Shown here piece by piece: positions 9,778-19,437 of a stretch of DNA of 64,000 nucleotides (the first letter of the stretch is position 1; each line of letters opens with the position of its first letter). The notes under the pieces are model-generated. The model saw only the letters and a program-made list of their open reading frames with translations, searched no databases and was not told where the DNA came from. The stretch covers positions 7,296,001-7,360,000 of the forward strand of contig OY970194.1 in assembly GCA_963708075.1 (NCBI GenBank). Direction: 5' to 3'. The position numbers were made by a program, and so were the translations under genes. This DNA is from Sedimentisphaerales bacterium (GTDB lineage Bacteria; Planctomycetota; Phycisphaerae; Sedimentisphaerales; Anaerobacaceae).

Positions 9778-11277
9778 ATGGCAACGTACGTTATCATCTA
9801 CTGCAGCTCAGCGTTTCTGGCCGTGTTGATCACCCCGATCGTGATCCGGTTGGCTCATTGCGTCCGGGCGATCGATCTGCCGGGCGCGCGCAGCGTGCAC
9901 CAACGACCTGTTCCCAGGATCGGCGGTGTGGCAATCTTTCTATCTGCGATGTGTCCCCTGATTGCAGTGGTGCTCTTGAGCAGCACCGTGGACCACGCAT
10001 TCGAAGAGATGCGGCGAGAGATCACCATCCTGCTCTGCGCGGCCACGTTCATCTTCCTGATCGGTCTCGTGGACGACCTTAAGAATCTTCCCGCGCGCTT
10101 CAAGTTCCTCGCTGAGCTTCTGGCGGGCGCGGCTCTTTGTCTTGCGGGCGTCCGAATCTCGAACATCGCTCTCACGGACCATTGGATCCTTTCCCTGGGC
10201 GCCTGGGGGTGTGTGTTGACGATGCTGTGGGTTGTCGGAATTACGAATGCCGTCAACCTCAGCGACGGGCTGGACGGGCTGGCGGCGGGGATCTCCGCCG
10301 TCGCCTGCGGCACGATCGCGATCTTCGCCATCCACAGCGGCGATGTGGCCATGGGCGTATTCATGCTGGCCCTGGTGGGCAGCCTGAGCGGCTTTCTCGT
10401 CTTCAACTTCAACCCGGCCAAGGTCTTCATGGGTGATTGCGGCAGTCTGTTTCTTGGTTTCACCATCGCTTCCGCGAGCGTTCTATGCGTGGCGAAATCC
10501 GCCGCCCTGATGGGTCTGGCCCTGCCGGCGCTGGCCTTGGGAATCCCGATCTTCGATACCCTCTTTTCGATGCTGCGGCGATTTCTGGAGCGGCGCTCGC
10601 TGTTTGCTCCGGACCGCAGGCACATCCATCACCGCCTGCTCGATCTTGGTCTGCACCAGCGTCAGGCAGTGATGGCGATTCACCTGGCGACGCTGATTGC
10701 TGCGGGCCTGGGGTTGTTCATGATGGTCAATCAGAACGTCAGCTCACTGATCGTATTCGGCTGCGTACTGCTGTTGATCGTGCTTCTGTTCAGAGTGGTC
10801 GGCGCAGTCCGACTGGGAGAGACGATGACCCGATTGCGCCAGCGATACGCCATTTCACGGCAGCAGAAACAAGACAGGGAAGTCTTCGAGCACCTGCAGT
10901 TGCGGTTCCGTCAAGCCGACAACATCGTCCGCTGGTGGCAGACAGTGTGCGAGACGGCGCAACGGATGGGCTTTACGTGGGTATCGCTCAAGACAACCTA
11001 CCCGGACGGTCGCCTCGAGGAGAAACTCTGGCATTCGCCGCAGAGCTCTCCGGCCCGGCCCGGATTGATCATCATGACAATTCCATTCGGCGACGGGGAT
11101 CCCGCGGTCTCTCATCAGTTCGAGATTGCCATTTGCGTCTGCGGCTCGCTCGAGGCGACCGCCCAGAGAGCATCGCTCTTCAGCAGGCTCATTGATGAGC
11201 ATGAAGCAGCGGCCATGCCCTGGATGCCGGCAACCGAGACGATGTACAACGACATGCATGCTGGGAACAAGTCATGA
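9778..11277 (+). CDS. wecA: WecA/MraY-family (GT4 polytopic) undecaprenyl-phosphate HexNAc-1-P transferase with C-terminal soluble extension
   Basis: PVPRIGGVAI, IGLVDD, NAVNLSDGLDGLA, FNFNPAKVFMGDCGS and DRRHIHHRL motifs. Confidence 0.9.
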   Translation: MATYVIIYCSSAFLAVLITPIVIRLAHCVRAIDLPGARSVHQRPVPRIGGVAIFLSAMCPLIAVVLLSSTVDHAFEEMRREITILLCAATFIFLIGLVDDLKNLPARFKFLAELLAGAALCLAGVRISNIALTDHWILSLGAWGCVLTMLWVVGITNAVNLSDGLDGLAAGISAVACGTIAIFAIHSGDVAMGVFMLALVGSLSGFLVFNFNPAKVFMGDCGSLFLGFTIASASVLCVAKSAALMGLALPALALGIPIFDTLFSMLRRFLERRSLFAPDRRHIHHRLLDLGLHQRQAVMAIHLATLIAAGLGLFMMVNQNVSSLIVFGCVLLLIVLLFRVVGAVRLGETMTRLRQRYAISRQQKQDREVFEHLQLRFRQADNIVRWWQTVCETAQRMGFTWVSLKTTYPDGRLEEKLWHSPQSSPARPGLIIMTIPFGDGDPAVSHQFEIAICVCGSLEATAQRASLFSRLIDEHEAAAMPWMPATETMYNDMHAGNKS

Positions 11278-12221
11278 AGAAATTCGCCCTGATCGGTGCG
11301 GCTGGATATATTGCCCCGCGGCACATGAAGGCGGTCAAGGACACGGGCAACGATCTCGTGGCCGCCGTGGATAAGAACGATTCCGTGGGGATCATCGATT
11401 CCTACTTTCCAAACGCCCACTTCTTCACGGAGTTCGAGCGGTTCGACCGACACCTGGAGAAGCAAAGGCGGGAGAACGGCAGCAGGATCGACTACGTCTC
11501 GATCTGCTCGCCCAATTACCTCCACGATGCCCACATTCGTTTTGCCCTGCGGATCCAGGCCAATGCCATTTGTGAGAAACCCGTAGTGCTCAATCCGTGG
11601 AACGTCGAGGCCCTGCAGGAGATCGAGAAGGAGCAGGGCAGGACGGTTCACGTGATTCTGCAACTGCGCCTTCATCCGGCGATGGCGGCTCTGAAGCAGA
11701 AGATCGACTCGGAGGCAGCGGATCGCAAGTACGATATCGATCTGACCTACATTACATCGCGAGGCCGATGGTACGTGGTCTCCTGGAAAGGGGACGTCGA
11801 GAAATCCGGGGGCGTGGCTACGAATATCGGAATTCATTTCTTCGATATGCTCGAATGGATCTTCGGGCCTGTACAGTACAACATCGTTCACATGGAGCAG
11901 CCAACGAAGGCGGGCGGATTCCTGGAGTTGCGAAAAGCCCGCGTACGGTGGTTCCTCTCCATCGACAGGGATGATCTTCCCAATTCTCCGGAGGATGGAA
12001 AACCGGCCACATTCCGCTCGATCAAGATGAACGGTGAGGAGTTCGAATTTACCGAGGGTTTCGCAGACCTGCACACGAGGAGCTATGAAGAGATCCTGGC
12101 GGGCAGGGGATTTGGCCTGGACGATGCCAAACCGGCTATCGATATCGCTTCGAATATCCGTCGCAGCAGGCCTGTCGGATTGCGGGGCGACTACCATCCG
12201 ATGCTCAAGAAATCAAAGTGA
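11274..12221 (+). CDS. wbpB: Gfo/Idh/MocA oxidoreductase, UDP-GlcNAcA 3-dehydrogenase (WbpB/WlbA type)
   Basis: FALIGAAGYIAPRH, SICSPNYLHDAH, ICEKP, SWKGDVEKSGGVATNIGIHFFDML and GFADLHTRSY are characteristic of WbpB. Confidence 0.88.
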   Translation: MKKFALIGAAGYIAPRHMKAVKDTGNDLVAAVDKNDSVGIIDSYFPNAHFFTEFERFDRHLEKQRRENGSRIDYVSICSPNYLHDAHIRFALRIQANAICEKPVVLNPWNVEALQEIEKEQGRTVHVILQLRLHPAMAALKQKIDSEAADRKYDIDLTYITSRGRWYVVSWKGDVEKSGGVATNIGIHFFDMLEWIFGPVQYNIVHMEQPTKAGGFLELRKARVRWFLSIDRDDLPNSPEDGKPATFRSIKMNGEEFEFTEGFADLHTRSYEEILAGRGFGLDDAKPAIDIASNIRRSRPVGLRGDYHPMLKKSK

Positions 12222-13570
12222 CCGGAAAGACCCTGCAGCGCACATCCATGGTACCATCCAGGACTGTCAGAATATTGCCCCTCTTGGCTGAACGTATTCG
12301 GGAATTGCTCTCACGATTTGTCCGTGATGAGGAACGCCCCTTTCTATCTCACGTGGTGCGCCTGGGCGGCGGAACAGCCGTCGGCCAATTGATCGTCGTG
12401 CTCTCTACACCCATCATCACCAGACTGTATACTCCTTACGAGATGGGGCTCTTCAGCCTGTTCCTTGCTTTCATCGGGTTTGTCTGGGTGGGGACAGGCC
12501 TGCGCTACGAGATGGCCGCGGTATCCGCTGATAACGATCAGGAGGCCGGCCTGCTCACCTGCGCCTCGATTCTTTCGTCGGTTCCCGTGGCGGTCCTGTT
12601 TGGCCTGGTTCTCCTGGTGATGATCCGGCTGAACGTCGTTTCCTATGGCACGCTACCGTATTGGAGCGTGCCTCTGGCCGTGTTCCTCTTGATCGCTGCT
12701 CAACTCCTCACGTCGTTGCGATACTGGTATGTGAGACGGTCTGAGTTCTCAACGATCGGCAAGGTTCTGATTGCCCAGGGATTTGGCAGAGCGATTGTGC
12801 CTGTGATTGCAGGAGTTGCCGGCCTGGGCTGGATCGGCCTCCTGCTTGGCGAAGCTGCCGGACGGCTGCTCGGCATCTACAGAATGGTGATGGGCACATG
12901 CCTGCCGTTCTCTGCCATCGCTCGCGGCAGCGGCTGTAGCCTGCTGCTCCAGGTCTGCAGGAAATACTGGAAGTTCCCTGTGGTCAACCTGCCGTCATCG
13001 CTGATCGATGGACTCGCTTTGGCGATTCCCTTTCCCATCGTCTCAAGACTATTTGGCATTGAAAAAGCCGGGTTGTTCTTCCTGGCCATGCGGTTGGGAA
13101 TGCTGCCTGCGTCGTTCATCACCGCCAGCGTCTCCGATGTATTCCATGCCCGCGTCTCCAATGACTACCGAGCCAATGCCGACAGGATACGGCATACCGT
13201 GCTCGACACGGCCAGGAAGATGCTCGCAGTCGGAGTGCTCGTGTACGTGCCCGTGGCTGTTCTGTCCCCTTGGGTCTTCAGCCGGGCGTTCGGGAAACCC
13301 TGGGCTCCTGCCGGCTGGGCGATGACGATTCTAGCCCCGCTCGCCCTGATAAGCCTGGTTGTGAGTCCGTTGAGCAGGCTTCTGCTCGTTGCCAACCGAC
13401 AAGGGGTCAAACTCATTGTCGATGCTCTGTTCCTCTGTCTGCCGCCGGCAGGCATGATCATCTGTCATCACTATTGTGGCGGCGGCTTTGAGATATCTCT
13501 CCTGGTGTATGTCCTCATAAGCGTCGTTCTGTACGGTCTGTATTTCGCCATCATCGTTTCGGTCAGTTGA
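12218..13570 (+). CDS. wzx: Polysaccharide flippase
   Basis: Multi-TM protein with GTAVGQLI..PIITRLYTPYEMG, LRYEMA and KYWKFP. GTGA overlap with wbpB; the start could be further downstream. Confidence 0.85.
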   Translation: MTGKTLQRTSMVPSRTVRILPLLAERIRELLSRFVRDEERPFLSHVVRLGGGTAVGQLIVVLSTPIITRLYTPYEMGLFSLFLAFIGFVWVGTGLRYEMAAVSADNDQEAGLLTCASILSSVPVAVLFGLVLLVMIRLNVVSYGTLPYWSVPLAVFLLIAAQLLTSLRYWYVRRSEFSTIGKVLIAQGFGRAIVPVIAGVAGLGWIGLLLGEAAGRLLGIYRMVMGTCLPFSAIARGSGCSLLLQVCRKYWKFPVVNLPSSLIDGLALAIPFPIVSRLFGIEKAGLFFLAMRLGMLPASFITASVSDVFHARVSNDYRANADRIRHTVLDTARKMLAVGVLVYVPVAVLSPWVFSRAFGKPWAPAGWAMTILAPLALISLVVSPLSRLLLVANRQGVKLIVDALFLCLPPAGMIICHHYCGGGFEISLLVYVLISVVLYGLYFAIIVSVS

Positions 13571-13609
13571 ATACGGGAATCAGGAAGGGACTGTGGCAGG
13601 CATATCAAC

Positions 13610-15571
13610 GTGTGTGGCATTCTTGGCATCATAAGCGCCGGATCCGCAGGCATAGACGTTCAAGCCTCCGTGCGAGCTTTGCGGGCTCTTCGGCACCGTG
13701 GCCCGGACGATGAAGGGTATTTGCTGGTGGATTCGCGTTCGGCTCGCGTGTTGGCGTGCCGAGGGGAGGATACCGCCGGGGGGCTCCAGATGCCGGATAT
13801 CGCGGATCAAGACGGCGCCCGCTATGACATCATTCTCGGGCACCGGCGGCTCTCGATCATTGACATATCTGTCCGCGGCCACCAGCCCATGTCCAGCGCG
13901 GATGGACGGCTCTGGATCGTCTACAATGGCGAGGTGTACAATTACATCGAGCTCCGGCGGGAGCTGGAGAGAGATGGGATCCGTTTTGGCACCGCCACCG
14001 ACACGGAGGTGGTGCTGGCGGCATACCAGCGCTCGGGCGCATCCTGCCTCAATCGCTTTGTCGGAATGTTCGCGTTCGCCATTTACGACAGGGACAAGCG
14101 GGAGCTGTTTCTGGCTCGCGATGTCTTTGGAATCAAGCCCCTCTACTACACGTTGGTGGACGGCCGGTTTGCCTTCGGATCGGAAATCGCGGCACTGCTC
14201 GAGTTGCCGGGCGTCAAGCGAAGAGTGAATCCAAAGCCGCTCTATGAATACCTTCGATTCGGCATCACGGATGGCTCGAGTGAGACCTTGTTCGACGATA
14301 TACATGAACTGCCTCCTGCGCATTTCACCACGATTGCGGCGGACTCCCTGTCTGCCACAGATCCGACACGCTACTGGCGCATCGACCTGTCGCGCCGGGC
14401 CAGGATCTCCCAGCAGGATGCCGCGGTCGAACTCCGGCATCTTATCGAGCAGAGCGTTCATCTGCATATGAGGAGCGACGTGTCGCTGGGGACGTGTCTG
14501 TCCGGGGGACTGGATTCGACGGCCATTCTCATGCACATGGCCGCGAACGTCCATCCCGGACAGCAGGTGCACGGTTTCAGCTTCATTACCGAGGACCCTG
14601 TTCTGAGCGAGGACAGGTACGTGAATGTGGCACAGCAGGCGACGAATGCGATTTGCCACAAGGTATGTCCTCGCCCGGAGGAGCTCGCTGCCGATCTTGC
14701 CCGGCTGATCCGAATTCAGGAGTCGCCTTTCGCAGGCACCAGCATCTATGCACAGTACCGCGTGTTCCAGTTGGCTCGGGAAAGCGGCATGAAGGTGATG
14801 CTCGACGGCCAGGGCAGCGACGAGATTTTCGCCGGGTACCCCAGTTTCATCGGCTCTCGAGTCGCCGGGCTGCTGGCATCGGGCCGGCTTATCGCCGCGG
14901 TCCGAATCCTTCAACAATTCCCGGGGAACATGAAACAACATTTCCTACGCACGATTCTATCCTCTGCCGGCCGTCTTCTGCCTTCCTCTCTGGTCCCCCT
15001 CTGCCGGCACATCGCCCGTGAGCCTCTGTGGCCGGCATGGCTGAACCGGGGCTGGTTTGAAGATCGTGGTGTGTCAGCGGAAGAACGGCCCATAGGACGA
15101 GGCGGCGACGCATTACGGGAGGAACTGCTGCTGTCCGTCCTGAGAATCTCTCTGCCTCAACTGCTCCGGTATGAGGACAGGAACTCGATGTCCCATTCCA
15201 TCGAGAGTCGCGTGCCTTTCTGTGTCCCGTCGATCGCCGAGTTTGCATTCTCCTTGCCTGAGGAGATGCTAGTCTCTCCCACAGGCGACACAAAAGCCAT
15301 ATTGAAGACGGCCATGCAGGGCATCGTCCCGGACGCCATCATTCGTCGTGAGAAGGTGGGTTTTGGCACCCCGGAACGGCAATGGCTCTCGGCGGTACGT
15401 CCGTATGTGGAAGACACCGTAGTCCGCCAGGATGGCCTGCCGTTTCTCTGCAACGGGGGCCGGGTGGTCCAGAGTGCGATTGCGTCCGACGGTCGATGGC
15501 CAACCCACGCGTGGCGGATCTTCAACACCTGTATATGGGCCAGAAGCTTTCAGCTTGACTGCTCAGGCTGA
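13610..15571 (+). CDS. asnB: Asparagine synthase (glutamine-hydrolysing) family amidotransferase, probably glycan-modifying
   Basis: N-terminal MCGI, HRGPDDEG, LGHRRLSIID, YNGEVYN, LSGGLDST, DGQGSDE and EDRNSM..SIESRVPF. Confidence 0.93.
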   Translation: MCGILGIISAGSAGIDVQASVRALRALRHRGPDDEGYLLVDSRSARVLACRGEDTAGGLQMPDIADQDGARYDIILGHRRLSIIDISVRGHQPMSSADGRLWIVYNGEVYNYIELRRELERDGIRFGTATDTEVVLAAYQRSGASCLNRFVGMFAFAIYDRDKRELFLARDVFGIKPLYYTLVDGRFAFGSEIAALLELPGVKRRVNPKPLYEYLRFGITDGSSETLFDDIHELPPAHFTTIAADSLSATDPTRYWRIDLSRRARISQQDAAVELRHLIEQSVHLHMRSDVSLGTCLSGGLDSTAILMHMAANVHPGQQVHGFSFITEDPVLSEDRYVNVAQQATNAICHKVCPRPEELAADLARLIRIQESPFAGTSIYAQYRVFQLARESGMKVMLDGQGSDEIFAGYPSFIGSRVAGLLASGRLIAAVRILQQFPGNMKQHFLRTILSSAGRLLPSSLVPLCRHIAREPLWPAWLNRGWFEDRGVSAEERPIGRGGDALREELLLSVLRISLPQLLRYEDRNSMSHSIESRVPFCVPSIAEFAFSLPEEMLVSPTGDTKAILKTAMQGIVPDAIIRREKVGFGTPERQWLSAVRPYVEDTVVRQDGLPFLCNGGRVVQSAIASDGRWPTHAWRIFNTCIWARSFQLDCSG

Positions 15572-15602
15572 GAATGACCATCAATTCTGTGCTATACCGC
15601 TC

Positions 15603-16871
15603 ATGAAGACATTTGATCTGCAGAAGTACCTTTCCTACGAGTTTGCTGTCACAGTGCTTGCGCTCTCATTCTGTATCGGCCCGCTCACCGCTTCGCTGAG
15701 CGAATTGCTCCATTTCTATTATTCCTCGCTGTACACGGCCGCGACCATGTATCTGCCTTTGCTGTTCTCTTTGACGGTGTTTGCGGCGATCAATCACAAA
15801 GCAGGGGAGCCCCTTCTGAACGCCAAAGGCGTCATTCTGCTGGGTTTCCTGTGTGGATTCTGGCTGATCAACTACTTCTACGAGATCAACCATGTCTCGA
15901 GATCGTCCTTGTCCGTGTACGATGGGAAGCGGATGTGGTTCTTTGTTCACGGGGTCCTGCTGTCCGGACTCATCGGTCTGCATGCGCCGAAAGACCCCAG
16001 GCGTTTCATCCGCCGTTTTCTGATCTCATTCTGCATCATATCCACCACCGCCTCTCTGTCGTATCTCCTTACATATCGGCCCGGGGAGAGTTTCGAGCGG
16101 CTTCTGGGGGAGCGGGCTCTTGGGGCCGGACTGGTAGGTTGTTACGGCGTGGCCTCGTGTCTGTCCCTGCTCTATCTTCACATGACGGACGGCCCAAGGT
16201 TTTCAGGTCGGTTGCTTGTTGCCCTGACCGGCGCGATTCTCATCGATGTTGCTGCCATCGCGCTTTCGGCTACGCGGGGAGCGGCACTATGTGCTCTGGC
16301 GAGCGTGATTGTGTTTGCGTGGATGGCGCGCCGATCGAAGCCTCTGCTTCCGACCGTTGCCTTCCTTGTCCTCCCCTTCATCTGCCTGGTCCCGGTTGTG
16401 AAGCCCTACATGCCTGAGGCGACGATGAAACGCCTGATGATGCAGGAACACGGGTTCGGCCTCCGTTTCGAACTCAGTCGAACCATGTTGGACCTGCTCA
16501 TCGAGCATCCGTGCGGGAGAGTCCTCGGATATGAGAACACCAAACTACGCATGGATTACTCGCACAATGCATTCCTTCAATATGTCGGGGAGGCTGGATT
16601 GCTGCAAACGACGCCGGTGTTGTTGGTCCTCCTGTATGGTGTGGCTCGAAACCTGGTCAGACATCGTGCCGATTTGCATGTGCGGGCTCTCGCACTTTTC
16701 GGATTGCCCGTTCTGATCGAGTCTTTCTCCGCGGGAAGCGCGTATGATTCGCTTCTGTGGTTCCTGCTGTTCTTCCTTTTTTCGTTGAGGAGAGATCCTC
16801 AAGGTGCAACCCAGTCCTCGTATGCGATGGGGTCCGCGTATGCGGCGACTCCCGCCTGGAACGCTGCGTGA
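15603..16871 (+). CDS. wzy: Putative O-antigen/EPS polymerase (Wzy_C family)
   Basis: About 10-11 hydrophobic segments, LSATRG and YSHNAFLQYVGEAG. Lies within the Wzx-dependent locus. Confidence 0.7.
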   Translation: MKTFDLQKYLSYEFAVTVLALSFCIGPLTASLSELLHFYYSSLYTAATMYLPLLFSLTVFAAINHKAGEPLLNAKGVILLGFLCGFWLINYFYEINHVSRSSLSVYDGKRMWFFVHGVLLSGLIGLHAPKDPRRFIRRFLISFCIISTTASLSYLLTYRPGESFERLLGERALGAGLVGCYGVASCLSLLYLHMTDGPRFSGRLLVALTGAILIDVAAIALSATRGAALCALASVIVFAWMARRSKPLLPTVAFLVLPFICLVPVVKPYMPEATMKRLMMQEHGFGLRFELSRTMLDLLIEHPCGRVLGYENTKLRMDYSHNAFLQYVGEAGLLQTTPVLLVLLYGVARNLVRHRADLHVRALALFGLPVLIESFSAGSAYDSLLWFLLFFLFSLRRDPQGATQSSYAMGSAYAATPAWNAA

Positions 16872-16875
16872 CCCG

Positions 16876-18066
16876 ATGGCTGACATGCCCGGTGTTATGA
16901 ATCCACCCGTTCACGTGTGTATTCTTACGAGCGCTCACCCGGTAGGCGACGTTCGTGTACACCACAAGTTTGCGCTCGCCTTTCTCCAGGAAGGTTTTCG
17001 CGTGACATGGGTAGGTCCGGACTACCGCTTCTCCGGGTCAGAAGCCTGCGAGGAGAATGGAATCGACTATCGTCTGTTTCGGCATGCAGGAGGGATGCTT
17101 GGCCGGCTGTCGGCGGCTGGGAAGTTGTACCGAAACGCCCGCCCGCTGTCCTGTGTCGATGTGTTCTATGCACCGGACCCGGATTCAGCCATGGTAGCCG
17201 TCCGGGTGGCGAGGAAGAACGGGGGCCGTGTCATATTCGATATCCACGAGGTCTACCACGGCGCCATGTTGCAGCGCTGGGTGAAGGGTTCCATGGCCAG
17301 GGTCGCTGGCAATGTCCTGCAGAGGCGGATATCGCGACTGTGCTCCCGCTGTGACCTGGTCGTGGGCGTCAGCCGGGCCGTGTTGGAGCCGTTCAGGGAA
17401 ACGCCGGCGGAGAAACTCGTCCTGCGAAGCTGTGCCCCGGCGTATTTCGCGCACGGACGATCAGCCGATGTCTGCCATCCGGGCAGAAATACATTCACCG
17501 TCATGCACGGCAAGGCGGATCTGAATCGAGGAACCGGCATAGTGCTGGAAGCCCTTCACCTGGCCCGAGAGCGACTGTCCGGGCTCAGGAGCATCATGTT
17601 CGACATGTTCGCAGGGGGGGCCGATGGCGCCGGCAGGAGAGCATTTCTCAGGCGAGCGGCGGACCTGCAGATCGAGGACGTTGTGGAACTGCACCCGGCA
17701 GTCCCGCTTCAGGACATGCCGGATATTCTCAGGAGGTGTGACGCCGGACTGATCGCGTATGGCAGGGAGTTGGGTGCGGACAGTCTCCCCAACAGACTCT
17801 TCGAGTATATGGCGGCAGGTCTGCCGGTGATCGCCCCGGAATACTCGACGGAGATCTGCCGCATCCTGTACGAGGATGGATGCGGAGTGGCTGCGGACTT
17901 CGAGAATCCATCCTCCATTGCCGCAGCGATCGTGGAACTGGCCCGGGACCCTGATCGGTGCCGCGAGATGGGCAGGAGAGCCCGTGAGGCATTTGAAAGC
18001 CGACATAATTGGGAAGTGGAAGTAAGGCCGCTATTGAATCGCATTCGAACGTGGATGTCCCAGTGA
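16876..18066 (+). CDS. Glycosyltransferase family 4
   Basis: TSAHPVGDVRV, FDIHE, LPNRLFEYMAAGLPVI and MGRRAREAFESRHNWE. Confidence 0.9.
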   Translation: MADMPGVMNPPVHVCILTSAHPVGDVRVHHKFALAFLQEGFRVTWVGPDYRFSGSEACEENGIDYRLFRHAGGMLGRLSAAGKLYRNARPLSCVDVFYAPDPDSAMVAVRVARKNGGRVIFDIHEVYHGAMLQRWVKGSMARVAGNVLQRRISRLCSRCDLVVGVSRAVLEPFRETPAEKLVLRSCAPAYFAHGRSADVCHPGRNTFTVMHGKADLNRGTGIVLEALHLARERLSGLRSIMFDMFAGGADGAGRRAFLRRAADLQIEDVVELHPAVPLQDMPDILRRCDAGLIAYGRELGADSLPNRLFEYMAAGLPVIAPEYSTEICRILYEDGCGVAADFENPSSIAAAIVELARDPDRCREMGRRAREAFESRHNWEVEVRPLLNRIRTWMSQ

Positions 18067-18134
18067 GTAGTCCTGCGGGGGCCAACCGGTTCCTGCCCCG
18101 GATGCTCCCGTGCCTGCGCCATAGGAAAGCGTAT

Positions 18135-18731
18135 ATGCCCGACACGTGCGCCGAGATGCCTGCCTCGAGGATCAAACAAGTCCTGAACGTATTCCGCAAC
18201 TTTCTGGCATTCAGGATTCGCTACCCTTGGGTGAAGTACGGGCGTAACGTGCACTGCCAGTGGTCTGTCTTCTTCTGGTCGCCGCACCGGGATACCACTC
18301 TGGGCAATGACATTGGCATCGGCGTCAGGAGTGTCTTCCTGTGCGATCTGCAGATGGGAAACAAGGTCATGATTGCACCCCATGTCGCATTCATCAACAA
18401 GTACGATCATCGCTATGACGTGGTGGGACGCACCATGTGGGATTCGGGGCGGAGCGACAACTGCAAAGTGGTTGTCGGTGATGATGTCTGGATCGGGCAC
18501 GGCGCCATCATATTATCGCCGCTTCGCATAGGGCGGGGTGCGGTTATCGCCGCAGGAAGTGTGGTCACCCGCGATGTCCCACCCTACGCCATCGTGGCAG
18601 GGGTTCCCGCGAAAGTCGTCCGGATGCGGTTCACGCCTGAACAGATCGTTACTCACGAAAAGATCCTCGCCGAGCGAGATGCGTCGGGGGGCCAGACGAG
18701 CGTCGGCGAGGCCGCATGCGCAGAATATTGA
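18135..18731 (+). CDS. Left-handed beta-helix (hexapeptide) acetyltransferase
   Basis: VGDDVWIGHGAIIL..IGRGAVIAAGSVVTRDVPPYAIVAGVPAKVVR. AGGA precedes the ATG at 18135; start uncertain. Confidence 0.88.
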   Translation: MPDTCAEMPASRIKQVLNVFRNFLAFRIRYPWVKYGRNVHCQWSVFFWSPHRDTTLGNDIGIGVRSVFLCDLQMGNKVMIAPHVAFINKYDHRYDVVGRTMWDSGRSDNCKVVVGDDVWIGHGAIILSPLRIGRGAVIAAGSVVTRDVPPYAIVAGVPAKVVRMRFTPEQIVTHEKILAERDASGGQTSVGEAACAEY

Positions 18732-18753
18732 GAGTCCTGGCAGGAGGCCAAAG

Positions 18754-19317
18754 ATGCCAAAGCAAACAGGCGAATGTCAGTCCACGCACGATAACCTGGT
18801 GGGATGCTCCGATCGACATCTCGTGCCGAGCCGCCTCATCGTGCTCGGCTGGTGCCTGAAACACCTCGGGCTCGCCAGGACCACGGGCATGGTGTGGTCC
18901 AAAATCTGCCGCGTGTGCCGTGGAGACAATGGACGCAGAGCCGGCGAGAAGCCGCAGAAAGGTGTTGTCCATTGCGAAGAAGAGCTGCGCCTGCAACCCG
19001 GCGAGCTTGTCGAAGTGAAGTCGGAATCTGAAATCCAGGAGTCTCTTGACGAGCACGGCCGGCACCGGGGCTTGTTGTGGATGCCCGGCATGGCCAGGTT
19101 TTGCGGGAAGAGGTACAGGGTGCACAAGAGGATCGAGACGATGATGCTGGAGGCCACCGGGGAATTGCGAAAAGTCAAAAACACGGTGCTGCTTGAGAAC
19201 GTGATGTGTGAGGATCTGTACGGATGTGACAGATCGTGTTTTCACTACTGGAGGGAAGCATGGCTGCGGCGAGTGCCTTCGGATCAGAGGACGGACGCGG
19301 GCCGGGGAGCCGACTGA
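18754..19317 (+). CDS. Hypothetical protein with SH3-like, Cys-containing domain
   Basis: AGGAGG RBS at 18742. LQPGELVEVKSESEI..LD..GRHRGL.WMPGM..FCGKRYRV..C..C.RSC..YWREAWLRRV resembles, from recall, an uncharacterised family seen in glycan clusters. Confidence 0.7.
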   Translation: MPKQTGECQSTHDNLVGCSDRHLVPSRLIVLGWCLKHLGLARTTGMVWSKICRVCRGDNGRRAGEKPQKGVVHCEEELRLQPGELVEVKSESEIQESLDEHGRHRGLLWMPGMARFCGKRYRVHKRIETMMLEATGELRKVKNTVLLENVMCEDLYGCDRSCFHYWREAWLRRVPSDQRTDAGRGAD

Positions 19318-19437
19318 AGCATCACTGCACGCGTCTTGCGCTTGCACCGACCTTGTCCTTCGTCCTGATAAGTCAGCGACACACGGTGCCGTGTTTTTGC
19401 ACGGCTGCCATTTTGGAGAAGAGAGGGGGAGTGGCGT

